A stretch of DNA of 64,000 bases from Sphagnum compactum. Its lineage: Eukaryota. This document shows, in pieces, positions 39,975-62,359 of this stretch. Where the stretch lies: the NCBI GenBank assembly GCA_965153455.1, contig OZ234494.1:6696001-6760000 (forward strand). Direction: 5' to 3'. The first letter of the stretch is position 1, and each line of letters begins with the position of its first letter. Both the position numbers and the translations under genes were made by a program. A model generated the notes under the pieces. The model saw only the letters and a list, made by a program, of their open reading frames with translations, was not told the origin of the DNA and ran no database searches.

Positions 39975-40960
39975 TTCAAATATCAAATTTCAAGTCCAAA
40001 TAAAAATATTTTAAATCAAAATGTCAATTTTTAGACTCAATATAGTTTTTTGAATTGAAATACTAATTTTTAGAGTCGAAAATAATAATTTAGAATTCAA
40101 ATATCAATTTTTAGATCAAATAATTTTTTATGAATTTAAATAACAATTTCCAGAATTGAAATGTCAATTTTCAGATTCAAATAACAATATTCAAAATTGA
40201 AATGTCCATTTTAAGACTCAATTAACAATTTTCTGAATTGAAATATTAATTTCGAAAATCCAAAATAATAATTTGGAATTCAAATTTCAACTTTCAAGTC
40301 AAATAATTTCTTAAAATTGAAATACTAATTTTTAGATTCGAAAATAATAATTTAGAATTCAAATATCAATTTTTAGATCAAATAATTTTTTTGAATTTAA
40401 ATAACAATTTCCAGAATGGAAATGTCAATTTTGAGATTCAAATAACAATATTCAAAATTGAAATGTCCAATTTTTGACTCAATTAATAGATTTTCAGACT
40501 TGAAGTATTAATTTTGAGAATCCAAAATCATAATTTGGAATTGAAATTTCAGGTTCAAATCAAATAATTATTTAAAATTTAAATGCATAATTTTTTAGTT
40601 CAAATATAAATTTTCATATTCATATAAAAATATTCAAAATTAAAATGTCTTTATAATCAATTAATAATTTTCTAAATTGAAATATTAATTTTTGGATTTA
40701 AAAATATTAATTTAGAATTCAAAAATCAATTTTTAGATCAAATAAGCCTTTTTGAATTTAAATTGAAAAAATCATATTCAAATCAAAAATTTGAAATTCA
40801 AATAATGTTTTAAACAATTGAAATAATAATTTTCATATTCAAATATTAAGTTTCATATTTTAATATATTTTTACAATTAAAATAATAGTTTTTAGAATTG
40901 AAATATCAATTTTGAGATTTGAATAAAAAATTAAAAGTTCAAATATTAATTTTGAGATTC
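39975..40960. repeat. AT-rich array of ~20-bp units with a ~262-bp higher-order repeat
   Basis: ttgaaatactaatttttaga..aataataatttagaattcaaatatcaatttttagatcaaataa recurs at ~40055, ~40317 and, partially, ~40677. Confidence 0.8.
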
Positions 40961-41149
40961 ATTATATGAACAATATACATACATATGCATATTATATATA
41001 TATAATTTTAGTACATACATTAAAATACACCCTTATGTCATTGTAGAATACCTTTAGGATGTAACTAATTTGGTGACTATTGTGACTAATGGGACATATC
41101 AACCTATTAATGGATGAAAATAAATGTAGAATTGATCCAACCAATAGGA

Positions 41150-41307
41150 TGAAGTTTTCTAATAGTTGCATCATAATTGTGAGAATGACCAAAATAGTTG
41201 AAATATGGTCCTGTAGTTACAAATGTTCCCAAATCTAGTCGTAAACAACTACTAGTTGCATGTAGTCGTAAATGGAGTGGTTACATTTTGGCTGATTTCT
41301 ACTAGTG
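41150..41307. mobile_element. Orphan CACTA-type right end
   Basis: Ends tttctactagtg (41296-41307), preceded by tagttgca / tagtcgta subterminal motifs like those at 6530-6662. I did not find a matching left end. Confidence 0.5.
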
Positions 41308-43478
41308 AGATGACCATATATTGATGATTATGAAGGCATGGTATCATTAAAATTTTGAATATATGTTTTATTTTAATTATCCATGATAGTCCTTTTTTAG
41401 TGTCTAAAGGTGCTTTTGATCATTGAAACAACATAATTTGAAGAAGTTCCTTAAAGAAATATATATATTAGTATAAGCAAAATGCAAGGTTGCATTTTCA
41501 AGAATATTGAATGTGTCATATAAGATTACTTATTTTTTGTGTGAATATGTTTTGCTCCATTTGGAATGATGTTAAAGAAAGGTATGTTTGATAAACTCAA
41601 TGTATAATGTATCATTAAAGGTTTGAAACACCTATCATTTAAAAAATATTGACATATATACTTTTGTTAAAATCTACACATTTGATTTACTTGAACATTT
41701 ATCATTAAATATATATATTGAATTATATATATTTGAAAATTCATGGAAACACATGTGAATTAAACTTTTGAAGTTGGCATTATCATCCAAAACATGAAGG
41801 CCATGTTTCAAACTTGAAAAAACATAGTCCTTAGAAAGGACTTGCACCTTGGGGTGATTGGCTCCTTTTACAATGAATGCACCCATGAATGAGATCTTTG
41901 GAAATAACATGGCATCAATTCACCTAAGGAATTGAAGGCAACAATTATTACAGCACATTGTGTGTTTTTGAACTAGACCCAAAAATAACTATTGTTTTTT
42001 TCAACAACATCTATAACTACGTAGTCATATAAATCATTAAATAATAACAAAGGACATCATGGTTTTGTGATTGTAGTCAATATGACAACTTGTTGGTTTT
42101 GGGATAAAATATTTCATTATTCTTCAATGTGTAAATATATTTTTGTGATGTGGAATTAGTTAGTAAAACAAACCATTGATTTTTTTAACTAACAATGATT
42201 TAACCTCCCATGATGATGACATGGAATGTCATGTGGCAATAAAGTGTTGTGACTATAGTTAACATCATGACTCATGATATTAATTTTTATGAAATCTCAT
42301 TTATTAGTTATTCAAGAGTACTAGATTTTTGTGATTAACAATAATTTAATCTCCCATGATGATAACATGGCATGCCATGTGGCAATGAATTTAAAGTGAA
42401 AAAATATTAAACAAAACCTTAACACATGGGTGCAACAACACACAATACATGTGACTATTATATGAACATTGCAACTATAGGTCATAATTAATCCTTAAAT
42501 AGGCCTCTAGGAAACCTAAGCTATCCCTAAATAGCCTAGCCTAGGTAGCCCTTAAATAACATATAGGTAACTTAAATAACCCCTAGGTAGGCCTTTAGGT
42601 AACTCCCTATGTAGCCTAAGGAACCTAGGCAACCCTTGAGTAAATCCTTTTAAGTAATGCCTATGTAGCCTAGGTAACCCTTAGGCAAGTGATTAAATAT
42701 CCCATGTAGCTTAGGGTAGGTTGAGAATGTCACTTAGATAGGTTTTTAAAAAAATTATTAAAATGTGATTACATTTTATGTTACATAAAAATAGTTGGTG
42801 TAGTCATAAGGATTTTACCCTTTAATGTGAAGGTGAAAGGTTCAATTTTTTGTGTTCTTGCAACTTATTTACCCTAATATAAGTTAGGTAGTTTATATGA
42901 TTAATCTTGGTTAATGTGTTAAACTATGTGTGTAGGTTTTTACCTAACTTATGTTTTTAGCCTACATTACAAGAAATCATGGTATATTTGACTGGAAAAC
43001 GAGACCAAAAATCAATCATTTTGAAATTTGGTCAATTTACCCACTTTGTTGTGACGTGTAGTGTCGTGACGTTCAATGTCGTAAGGGTGTAAATCCATAG
43101 TAAATTCTACTGAACAAAGAGACTAAAATCAGTCAAAGGTAAAAACTAATCAACCAAAAAGAGATGCACGCACATATATATACAATGCACAAGAGAAACC
43201 AGAGATGAAATTCTCACGTATATTAAATTGAATCGAAAAGAAGGAAAGAAAACGTAGTGTATATAAACGGTGGTCGTGTAATAGCCACCGTGAGCATCTA
43301 GAAATCCAATCTAAACATGGAGGAAACTCTCCATGACAAAGGAATTCTAAAAAAACTGACAAGAAAAGGGAATAACTTGGCCATTTATATAGCCATCAAC
43401 AAAGTTGAAACCCTAAACAAGCCATAACCCTAAAACACCTATAACATACAGTAACCTAAGAACGTACATTAACCCTAA

Positions 43479-45130
43479 AGGCATGATTGACATGCCCGTA
43501 ACCGGCCGTCATGTATGAGGCCATGCATACGGGCATGACAACTTAGTCATACTGGACAAGTTGATTTGAACATGTCCAACTTAACTAATGGTTTTTTTGA
43601 CTAACCATAAAATGATCTTTTTGACTAGTCAAATTGGATAAAAAAATTGGGCAACCAAAAAAAATTAATTAAAAAAATACTTCAATTTTTAAATATAAAA
43701 ATGTCGTTAATAAATAAATAGTAAGTACCTACGTACCCACCCACCCATGACCTAATTACCCACCATGGCATCCTACCTACCTATCCACAACCCACCTAGG
43801 TACTATACATTTACACACATGTACAAGGTAAATATACGAATATACATATTCCACATAATAAATGTTGATAAAAGGGGTTGAACATTGGTCTCCTTGACTC
43901 CACACCAATGTCTTAACCATCAAACCACCCCACCACTTTGTAAAACAATACGATACCAAATGCATTTAACATATTTCCTTGAACTTCCATGAATTTTTTG
44001 TCAATGTGTATAACATTTGAACTTCAATTTTTTTCATAAGTAGGTAAGTAAGAACCTAACTAGGTGTCTAGGTAGGCACACATGCCTACCTACATAGGTT
44101 TTTTGATGTACATACTTACTTATGTAAATTATAGGTGGGTATGTAGGTAGATAATAGGTAGATAGTAGGTAGGTATATACAAATATATAAGTAGATAAAT
44201 AGGTAGATAAATAGATAACTAGGTTGGTAGATGTTTAAATAGGGTAAGTAGGTAGATTTGTAAATGTTTACGTAGGTAGATAGATAGGTGGATAGTAGGG
44301 AAGCAGGTAAATAAATAGGTAACTTTTGTGGATATAGGTAGATAATAATAGGTAGGTAGGACATAGGAAGGATGTAGGTAGGTAAATTATGGGTAAGTAG
44401 GTAGGTAGGTAGCCTAGTAAGCATAACAAGTAGGCTAATTAACCAAACTAATATGGTTAATTTGACTAAGCATGGCCATTTAGTATGGCTGGCCAATTTG
44501 ACTATGCCATGGACATTTTAATGGACCATTTCTAAAATTTGTCCTTCTGATTAGATGTATGACTTAACACTTGGTCAAAATGGTCACTTTAGTCAAAAGA
44601 ACCAACCAAAAGAACCATGTGTCTTTCATTGCCCCATGCTTTTAGTCAAAATGAACATTTTTTAGTCAATGTGAACATTTTAATCAAGTTGAACCTTTTG
44701 AAAAACTGTGATTTCTTGTAATGTTAAGTGACCTAGGTTAGATACAAACTAAGCCACCTGGCCTAGGTTATCTAATCTACATGGTCTAACCTACATAAAT
44801 TAGGTTTTGACATGTAATCATACATGTCATGTTTTAGCATAGTGAATTGACCCAAACATCTACATATTTATCAACCCCTAACATCCAATTCATTGTTGGT
44901 CATGTGTAGTTGAACATGTGTGAACAATTTTTTGACACATGTCATTTTTACAAGAAAACAATCATTTATAACACTTAATCAAGTAAAATGACTAGGTTGA
45001 CATAATATCCACACCATTTTACATTTTACATGTCAATTATGACATGAAATTTCAATATTATCACAAAATAAAAAAGGTTAATTGATAATATGTCTGACCT
45101 TTACAACTAAATGCCACATCATTGTCCTTT
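43479..45130. mobile_element. Non-coding interspersed repeat with (aggt/acct)n low-complexity core and ttgactag/tagtcaa motifs
   Basis: Has a low-complexity aggtaggt tract at 44130-44420. Its right part resembles 12961-13220 (gacacatgtcat..aaaatgactaggttga..). The boundaries are approximate. Confidence 0.45.
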
Positions 45131-48100
45131 ACCATTAGGTGAATGAAATGTTATGAGTTTAGCAACTCATAAGTTGTTAATCATGTATGTCCTTTGCTAC
45201 TAGTATATAATCACAAAACCCAAAATGTTTTGTAATGAACTTGAAAAGGGTTTCCATCATATTGTGATATTTTACATGTTTAAAGTGCTAGCATTCACAA
45301 GTACATCATTCATACAACCAAACATTGTTCCACCAAATTTCAACAATTTGAGGATTTGCATCCCATCACAAACATGATGTTAATACCAATCATGATATTT
45401 CACAATAGATCTATACATATCCATATTTTTTAACCCTCCAAGAAATCATGTTGCAAAACTATTTTTTTGCCATTTTTCTTCAAGGTTTCTTGTATTTCTT
45501 TTTTCCTATGGGGGCAACCTTCTTGAGAACCTAATGACAATCAACCAGGAAATTGATTTAAGTATGTGGGTACCATTTGTGGCACAAGTAGCAATGATGT
45601 CATCTCTACACCCATCAACCCATTTTCTACTTCTAGCCCTGCCTATGACCATTATCAAGAATAGTAAGTGGATTTTTAACACATAGCCTACACATTCAAG
45701 ATTTCACTCAATTCTAACATCTTCTATTGACTACCCAACACACAAAAATAGAACATTAATCTATACCTTGAAACCATCTTCATGGTATTCTATATTGAAA
45801 GCATACAAATAGTCACCATAATAAGAATCAAGTAAGTGAATAATTGCCTAAAGACCAAAATATAAAACTAGAAAAATAATATACTTGTGCAAAAAAATGT
45901 ATTAAACTACACACCCAAAACCATTACAATGTAAATTGATGTTTCATTTAGGGATGGAAATTTTGATTGTTTCATCAACCTGGGCAACTTCTCAATTTTA
46001 ACCCAAAGAATTGCACTGTCATCTACCTTGATAGGCTCCACAAAACCAAATGCCCCATTTTCCTTATATCTAGACACCATGTACCCATCTATGTCACAAC
46101 ATTTCACATTGTACCAAAACAAACCATTTTTTAATATACAAAACATCTAAGGAACATCATCCAATACATAAACCAACATTTTCAAATTACATGATAATAT
46201 ACAAACCTAAGGCATTCTTCTCCAATTTATTGTTCTATAACATCATCTAGTTGCGGTGAGGTTTAAATAAATAGTTTTCCAACAATAGATATCACCAAAT
46301 TAATTCTATAAGATTGTGTTGGCATCATTATGAAAATAATGCAACCTTGGAAAAAAACACAATTTGTCTCCAAAGAGTTATTATCCCAAGTTAATTTAGA
46401 TTGGATAAAAAAAATGGTGTTATTTATGCTTTAGTATTTTTGATGCCATGTAGATGGTTACACACTAAGCAAAAAAATTATTTATGTTTACATGTATGTT
46501 TTAATAGAATTGCTCATATGCTTGTAATGGCCATAATGATAATAATAATATTTTCAATAGATATGTTGTGAGCATACATATGAAATTGAAAATAGAATTA
46601 AGATACATTTTAAATAGTTAATTGCTTGAATATATATTATTTAATTAATAGTTGTACAATACTTTTAATTAAGTGACCATTGCAATTCCTTGTTGTTCTT
46701 TCATGAGTATTCACATCATGTGCCTAAACTTTAAAAACATAACATAGCCCACAAACAACAACCAAAATAAAAATCAAGCATGTGAAAAATAACCCCTGCC
46801 CCTAAGCATTTATGAAGATCTAAATGAACATAATTCATAAACATATACCTAGGCTTACAATTTCAAGTATCAAAAGATCAAGTAGAAGATCATTCCAATT
46901 ATTGATGGATACATTTGCTATGACCAATGATAAATGTAAATGGCACAACAAATCCCAACTACAAATCAATTAAATGTTTTAATCTCAACTTCTCCCCTAA
47001 TCACATGCTTCTATGGATTGTATTTTGTTCATATAAGTACATGATATTGTTGGGCATATTGTGTAAATAGATGCGTGTGTTCTTATATTACATGATAAAA
47101 TTTTCATTGTAGATGGATTCAATCATTTTTGTGGCTTGTTTTGACATATATAGTTTGTGATATAGATAAAAGTTAGTTTTGACTATGAATTAACATTCAA
47201 CATACGATGAAACAAACAATAAATTAGTACTTGTATGCCTCACCTTTGAACCATAAATAGACTTCATTGACATAATATGTATGTCCTAATGATGTGATGA
47301 TATTAAACAATTGTAACTTGTGATTGCATGAAAAGTTTGGAAATTATGTGACTATTACAATCATGGTCAATAGATAAAATAACTAGTGCAGGGATTTCTT
47401 CAAAAGGCCATTTATAGGTTTTGGGAACTACAAGTAAATTGATTTTTTCTAAAAAACACTTCATAATTTAATTAGTTAACTTATTTTCAAAATAAAAATA
47501 AAAATTTCTTCCAAAAGGATGGATGTATTATCTTCCATATGTGGAACTTTGTGAGAATATAACAACTAACTCATACGGTGACATTTAGGGTGCGATCACA
47601 ATCAAATGAACCAACGGTGATGAAGGATTCAAGGATTGCAGTCCTTTTTGTGGTCATTTCACTTTTTCGTAGAAAAGACTGTTGGGATGAAATCTTTTGC
47701 AATATGTTACTAAAAATACATATAATTTTTTCTATACATCAAATTTTTTGTATTAAACTTTCATGAATAACTAAGAATTTTTTAAAAATGTATAAATTCT
47801 ACCAAATTCTACATTTCGTTTTGAAAATTTATCTGAATTTCAAATTGTATGATAATATGTTAATTATTTAATGCTTTATTTTATCGTTTCATAAACTACA
47901 ATTTTGTTTTAGATGTCATGTACAAATTTATTTGATTTTTTACAGATAAGTATTTAATTTTTATGACCGGAGCCATAAACCATTCGGCCATAATTACTAT
48001 AATAGTTAGTAACGAAATTTAATAACTTATTATACAAATGTAAAAATTATTTTCAAAAGAAATATTCATTTACTAAAAACATAAAATATTTCCTTTAATA

Positions 48101-48998
48101 GTACATAAATAGGTATAATGAATGAACTAATGATATGAATAATAAAAATAAAATAGCTAACCTTGGCTACCAACTAGCTACAATAATAATTGAATTATTG
48201 TCATTTTTATCGTTAAATATTTATATTTATATTAATTACTAACTATGAAAAAATTATGGGAATAATTATAATTAAATAGTTAGCCTAGGCTACTTTTTAA
48301 TTATATCATTAGATTTTTGAAAATTAAAAATTAATATTCATAATTAATAGTTAATTATGATGATTTACTGAATATTCCAGTGATTATATTCATTTATTTG
48401 GTTACAAAATATTAATTAATTAGTAAACTAGCTAGTTATTTCCATTATTGAGAACTAATATCTTATAATATGTTTTAATGCACCATTCTTTAGAACACGT
48501 GAGTAACAATGAAGTAAAAATTGTTACTCACAAAGGGACAGAGCAAAAATGGTCAAGACAATGGGGGTGTAGGTAGGTACCATTTGCCAAACTTCAGTGA
48601 CCTTAGGATGCCAGTGACTGGGGAGGTCATGCACCAGAGGTTCTTCGATAATGGACCTGAACTTACACTAGAAAAACTTGAGGGATTCTTTGAGTAGAGG
48701 CCCTTAGACGGCAGGGCGTGTGGTGTGACATATTTCATTTAATAATTGATCTAAAAATACACTAGTAAAACTCGAGGGAGTCTTTACCCATGCATGGAAA
48801 GAGGCCCTTAGATGGCAGGGCGTGCGTAAATTGAGAGGCCCATCATTAGCTTACTGCGTCTTGGCAGGCCCGTCACTTTTGCGAACGCCCCCGTTGAAGG
48901 ACCCGTAAGGGCTCCTTCCACCCCCAACTCGCTTGATATGACTGGGGAATCGGCCATTATCACGGTGAAAATCTGGACCCACCTGGACCCTGCTGCGC

Positions 48999-49010
48999 TT
49001 CCCGCCAAAA
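48999..49010 (-). promoter_or_regulatory. E2F/DP binding site in the MCM6 promoter
   Basis: TTCCCGCCAAAA (= TTTTGGCGGGAA), the canonical E2F motif of replication-gene promoters, lies in a GC-rich island just before the putative first exon (donor c|gtaagt at 49129, acceptor at 49913). Confidence 0.75.
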
Positions 49011-49942
49011 ACCCGCCTCTCCTTTGCCTCTATTCGCTGAGGCTTTCCCATTCCGCTAATGCTTTTGTTGCAACGTTCTTGGAGCTTGGAGAGCGAGAGC
49101 TTCATCGCCAGTGTCGTCCTTGATCATCGTAAGTGCTCTTGTAACCCTATGTTTTTTTGGGCTTGCCAATGCTGCAAAATAACCTCTGCTTTCTCTGTTT
49201 TTTCCCCTTCTTTCCTTCTCTTGCATATCCCATTTTCCTTTTGTACCAGCGAAAAATGAGCCGCGCCCGCAACTTTTGTCTCATGAGGCGTGGTTTTTTC
49301 TGCTCGATTAAATATATTGCTATGCTTTCGTCTGTCGTCATTCTGCGTTTTTTTTCCCCCTCTCCTTGCGTCTTTTTGATGTATTATCCGGTGAACTAGA
49401 GAACTACAAGGAGCTGAGGAGTTTATTTGGACTTTGTGACCTTCGTTTCTTCTTTCCTCTTGTTGTATCGGCGCTGCCGTCTCCATCTGTGTAGCCTGTG
49501 TTTAATCTTACCTTTTCATGTCTCTTAAGTATCATCGCAGGAGTAGATTCTGCTGAGAAGCTGTGTGTAAGCCTAATGGAGGGAGGTCATTCGTTCTCGT
49601 TTCGAAGAGTTCCTTTCGACTCTGTTATCTTTCTCAGGAGCTTGTGGAGTTTGATCTGGTTGTTGAGTTCCTGTTTTTGCTCGTTGTTTTTTCTCACACT
49701 GTCTGAATGTCTCGGGTTTATTGTGTGCCTTTGGACCTCGTTTCACTTTCTTTATGTGGTTCTCTTTATCATCTTGTGAGACTTATCCATGTCTCATATC
49801 TTGGTTGCATCCTGAAAATCTTGAACTGAAATTGCTCTCCCGCCCCTCTCCATATGCTCCTCACGGTCTACTACTGCAATGACAACTCATTTTGTGATAT
49901 GGAATCGTTGCAGGTTCTCAGGAGAATCGGTGAAAGGACAGT

Positions 49943-58636
<8,694 letters not shown>

Positions 58637-60994
58637 CCATTTCTGATTCTTGAATTATCAGCATGGCATATTTTAAGGGAATCAGTTGTTGAACCATCTT
58701 TAGGTTCAAACTGTCAGAATAGTTTCTGGGCATGTGGGCTGGATGGAGGTGAAGACAACTCTCCCAATGCCAATACGAATGTTGGGGTTCAGAAGAAAGC
58801 ACATTGCTGCACCACATAATTGTGGAAGAGCCATGCTGGTTTATTTTGACCAAAACCAGCAAACCAGCTAACAAAAAATTTGAACCAGTTCCTTGTACCA
58901 GTAATTTACTCTCGCTCCATAAAGCACGACTACTATCATCATCCCACATCAGCTTTTTGCTGTTACCATTGGGTCTGTTACAGGTGCACATGTTGACCCT
59001 TTCTCTTGCTGCATGCTGATGAACTAAGTGGTTGCTGGCGATTGTCTCACACGTGCTGCTGCTCAGTACACAGCTCCATACACCAATAGGGTAGGCATGT
59101 AGACAACCACACCTAGAAAGTTTGGTAATTGAGGATTTGTTTTCACCAAATTGTGATGGAAAGCAAATGGCAACAGGATAATGTGGTTGAAGTATGTGAG
59201 GTAGGGAAGACAAAAACTTCAGAGCTCATTTATTGCAGAGAGTCCTTGCAAGTGAAATTACAAGTCATTGTTAAGATTATGAGAATCTGTTAAAGCTAAT
59301 TGCTGTTCATTTGGGATCACTCTTGATGGTTAGCATGATCTCCATGTTGTGCTACAGTTCATACACGCTTGCACATTTTTCATAGATATTTGGAGTTACA
59401 TAATTTAGATGTCTCAATCTGGGTGACGTTAATTAGTTTACTTTCTGATGAGTAATGTAGAACTAGTTGGTCTGTAATGCTGTGGTCTAAAGATAGCTAA
59501 ATTTTCGATGGTGAGCTGTTTGCTTTCTGCTTCCCATGAGGATGTTTGTATGGATTACTAGGAACGGTTGTTAGGCAACTGTCACTGATAAGAACAAACT
59601 TCTCTGAATGTGGCACTAATTCCATTTTGTGTCACAGAGGAGTGTTTTTGGATGGCAGGTTTGTAATAGAATGAGACGAAACATCATTCTGCTTTATGAG
59701 AAATGAAGCTCTTATGAACAGCTTTAAATTTCTCTTGTTAACTAGAGGTAAATGGATTTTCATTGGGATTCTCCTATTATTGCACACCACTTTCCCTATT
59801 GCTGCACATAATTGTTCCCTATCCTGGCGAACAAGATCCCTACTATCACACACTGGTCTTTCCTTGTTGCACAACAGCACTTAGCTTCTTGTAAGTAAAC
59901 CAGTAATTTGGGGCTAACTGTGTGAAATGGTAGGGTCTTGGCGTGCATGAGTGCAATGGTAGGGATTTTTCTCCAATATGTGTGCAACTGTGGGATAAAT
60001 GGAAAACGCTGAACTCAGATTATATGTATGTGCTGTAGGCCACAGATTGGGTTTGGTGGCGAACATAATGCAAGTGCTATACATCAAAATTTGGCAAGAA
60101 ATACTGTTGTTTGAGGATAATATTTGAAATTGAATGTGCAATAACTGGGTCAGCTACATTACAGGCAAATGACATGAAAAGAATTGGGAGAAATCCTTTA
60201 TCCATGGTGGATCAGTACATGTCTCCTTCATCAGAGAAAAAGCAGAGCTAAACTGACTTCTTGTGCTCCCTATTCCTCACCATGAGTTTTCAAGCCAATA
60301 GATACTGAGGAAAAGAGTAAGAGTGTGGACTTGGCTGTATGCCTTTGTGCATCTGACCAACAAAAAGAAAAAGGTCTTCTATGGGAACAATTAAATCCAT
60401 GCCAAGAATTTGAAGGCTGAAAATGATACCCTTAAACTGGATAGCTAATGCATTTAATTTGAGAGTGAATGAACTACAATCTGAAACCAGATAATTAGTG
60501 CTTGTATGTGAATGTGAAGTTGTTGCAACTTGCGACCAGAGTTGGCGGCTTGTCACTCAAGAGGTTCTCGAACAGGTTTTGGGTAAACTGGAGTGTTGGC
60601 CAGTTCTCAGGTTCTCAATCAGTGTTGGAGTGAACGAGCAGCAGTCACCAATGCACCAGTTGAGGATGAGGCCGTTCAAGCCGTTTTGGGGATGAACCAA
60701 AAACACATCTTCTTCCCCTACCCAGGGATTTTTCAGCCCCCTTCTCTACCCCAAAATTTTACCCTCCTACCTATGCCCCCCCCCCCCCCCCCCCCCCCCC
60801 CTCCTACCTCCCTCACCTCATTTCCCGCTCACTCCATCTCCAAAGCTCGGAAGAGCTCCCAAGCTTGAGTAGCACAGAGCTTCGAGGAGACATAGACACA
60901 AGGCTTGAGGAAGGTGGAGAGCTCAATGTTGAAGGAATGTGGAGAGGAGAAAGTAAGAAGAGTGCTTCATCCCAAATGCAGAAGTGAAAGAAGA

Positions 60995-61730
60995 AAGGCA
61001 AGCTCTCTTCCTTCTCTGCATTTTTTTTCTTCTCTATGGTTTTTTTTTCTTTGTGTTTTTCTTTTTTTTCTTATGTTTGAGAAGAAGAAGATGCCAAGAG
61101 AAAGCGCTTGAAACGAAAGGGCAAAAGCAGGTGGGCAAAAGTAGGAGAGGGCAGAGCAGGAGCTTAAAGGTAAGTTCCTTCCCTTCATTGCATTTTTTTC
61201 CTTCTCTATTGGTTTTTTATTTTTTGTGTTTTTTTTTTCTTTTGCTTGAGAAGAAGAAGATGCCAGGAGAAAGCATTTGAAACGGAAGTGCAAAAGCGGG
61301 AGGGTAGAAGCAGGAGCCAAAAGTGAGAGGGCAGAATGGGAGCTTGAAGGTAAGCTCCTTCCCTTCTTTGCATATTTTTTCTTTTCTATGGTTTTTTTTT
61401 CTTTGTGTTTTTTTTTCTTTTCTTCTGCTTGAAAAGAAGAAGATGCCAGGAGAAAACACTTGAAATGGAAGTGCAAAAATGGGAGGGCAAAAGCGGGAGC
61501 CAAAAGTGAAAGGGTAGAGCGAGAATTTGAAAGTAAACTCCTTCCCTTCTCTGCATATCTTTTCTTCTCTATGGTTTTTTTTTTCTTTGTGTTTTTTTTT
61601 TCCTTCTTGAAAAGAAGATGCCAAGAGAAAGCACTTGAAACGGAAGTGCAAAAATAGGAGGGCAAAAACGGGAGCCAAAAGTGAGAGGGCAGAGTGGGAG
61701 CATGAAGGTAAGCTCCTTCCTTTCTCTTGG
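60995..61730. repeat. Tandem repeat of ~170-183-bp units (4 copies plus a partial one) within a larger repeat element (~60700-61990)
   Basis: The unit aaggtaagctccttcccttct..gaagaagatgcca.gagaaagc..ttgaaac..gagggcagag recurs at ~60995, 61166, 61346, 61529 and 61705. The overlapping ORFs here are repeat artefacts. Confidence 0.9.
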
Positions 61731-62359
61731 TTTTTTTTTGTTGTTTTCTTGTGTGTTTTGTCTTCTCTGTGTTTGGTGGTGTTGCAAAAAAGAAGAAGAC
61801 GATGGCAATGTGCCGTTGTCTTCTTCTTTGGTGGTGTTAAGGTTTAATTTGGTGGTTTTTAGGTGTTTATAGGGTTCAGGGCACAACAAACGAAGAGTTT
61901 GTTGCAAATGCAGTTCAAGTTGAGATGCAACGTTGCCATTTGTACAGTGCTCGTCATGCAACAAAGGTTGCAAATGCAACAGCTTTTTATCGAGCTAAAC
62001 ACAAGATTATAAATAATGATATGGTTTAGGGTTTCCACTTTATATAGTCAACTAAGGTTTTTGCAGCCCTTTCATTTTTTGGACTACCCAATTTTTGAAC
62101 TTTGGTCCTTTGATATATTATAAAAAACCTTTTTTTTATTATGTTCTTTAACATTTTTTATTCACCCATATTTGTACATCTTTTTATCAATATAGTATTT
62201 TCCTCTAGTCACATTTGTTTGATGAGTATATGATTACTTATATATGTCTTCTTTTTCATAGTCTTCTTAGTACTTTAGATGTAAGAATCAAAACTTAAAT
62301 AGGCTCATATGAATATGTAACATTAATTTGTTTAGGGTTTACAAAGATCGAAATGAACA

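Noticed and set aside
43870..43938. Functional tRNA gene
   Set aside because: It lacks the canonical GTTCGA T-loop, a proper 7-nt anticodon loop and a good acceptor stem. Kept only as a relic.
37400..47300. Possible degraded transposase exons (e.g. 39224-39444, 41674-41910, 45907-46146)
   Set aside because: The coding-like remnants are plausible, but I could not match diagnostic motifs by eye. A profile search is needed.
60170..60690. Coiled-coil-like coding remnant on the + strand
   Set aside because: It has frequent stops and frameshifts and no identifiable homology.
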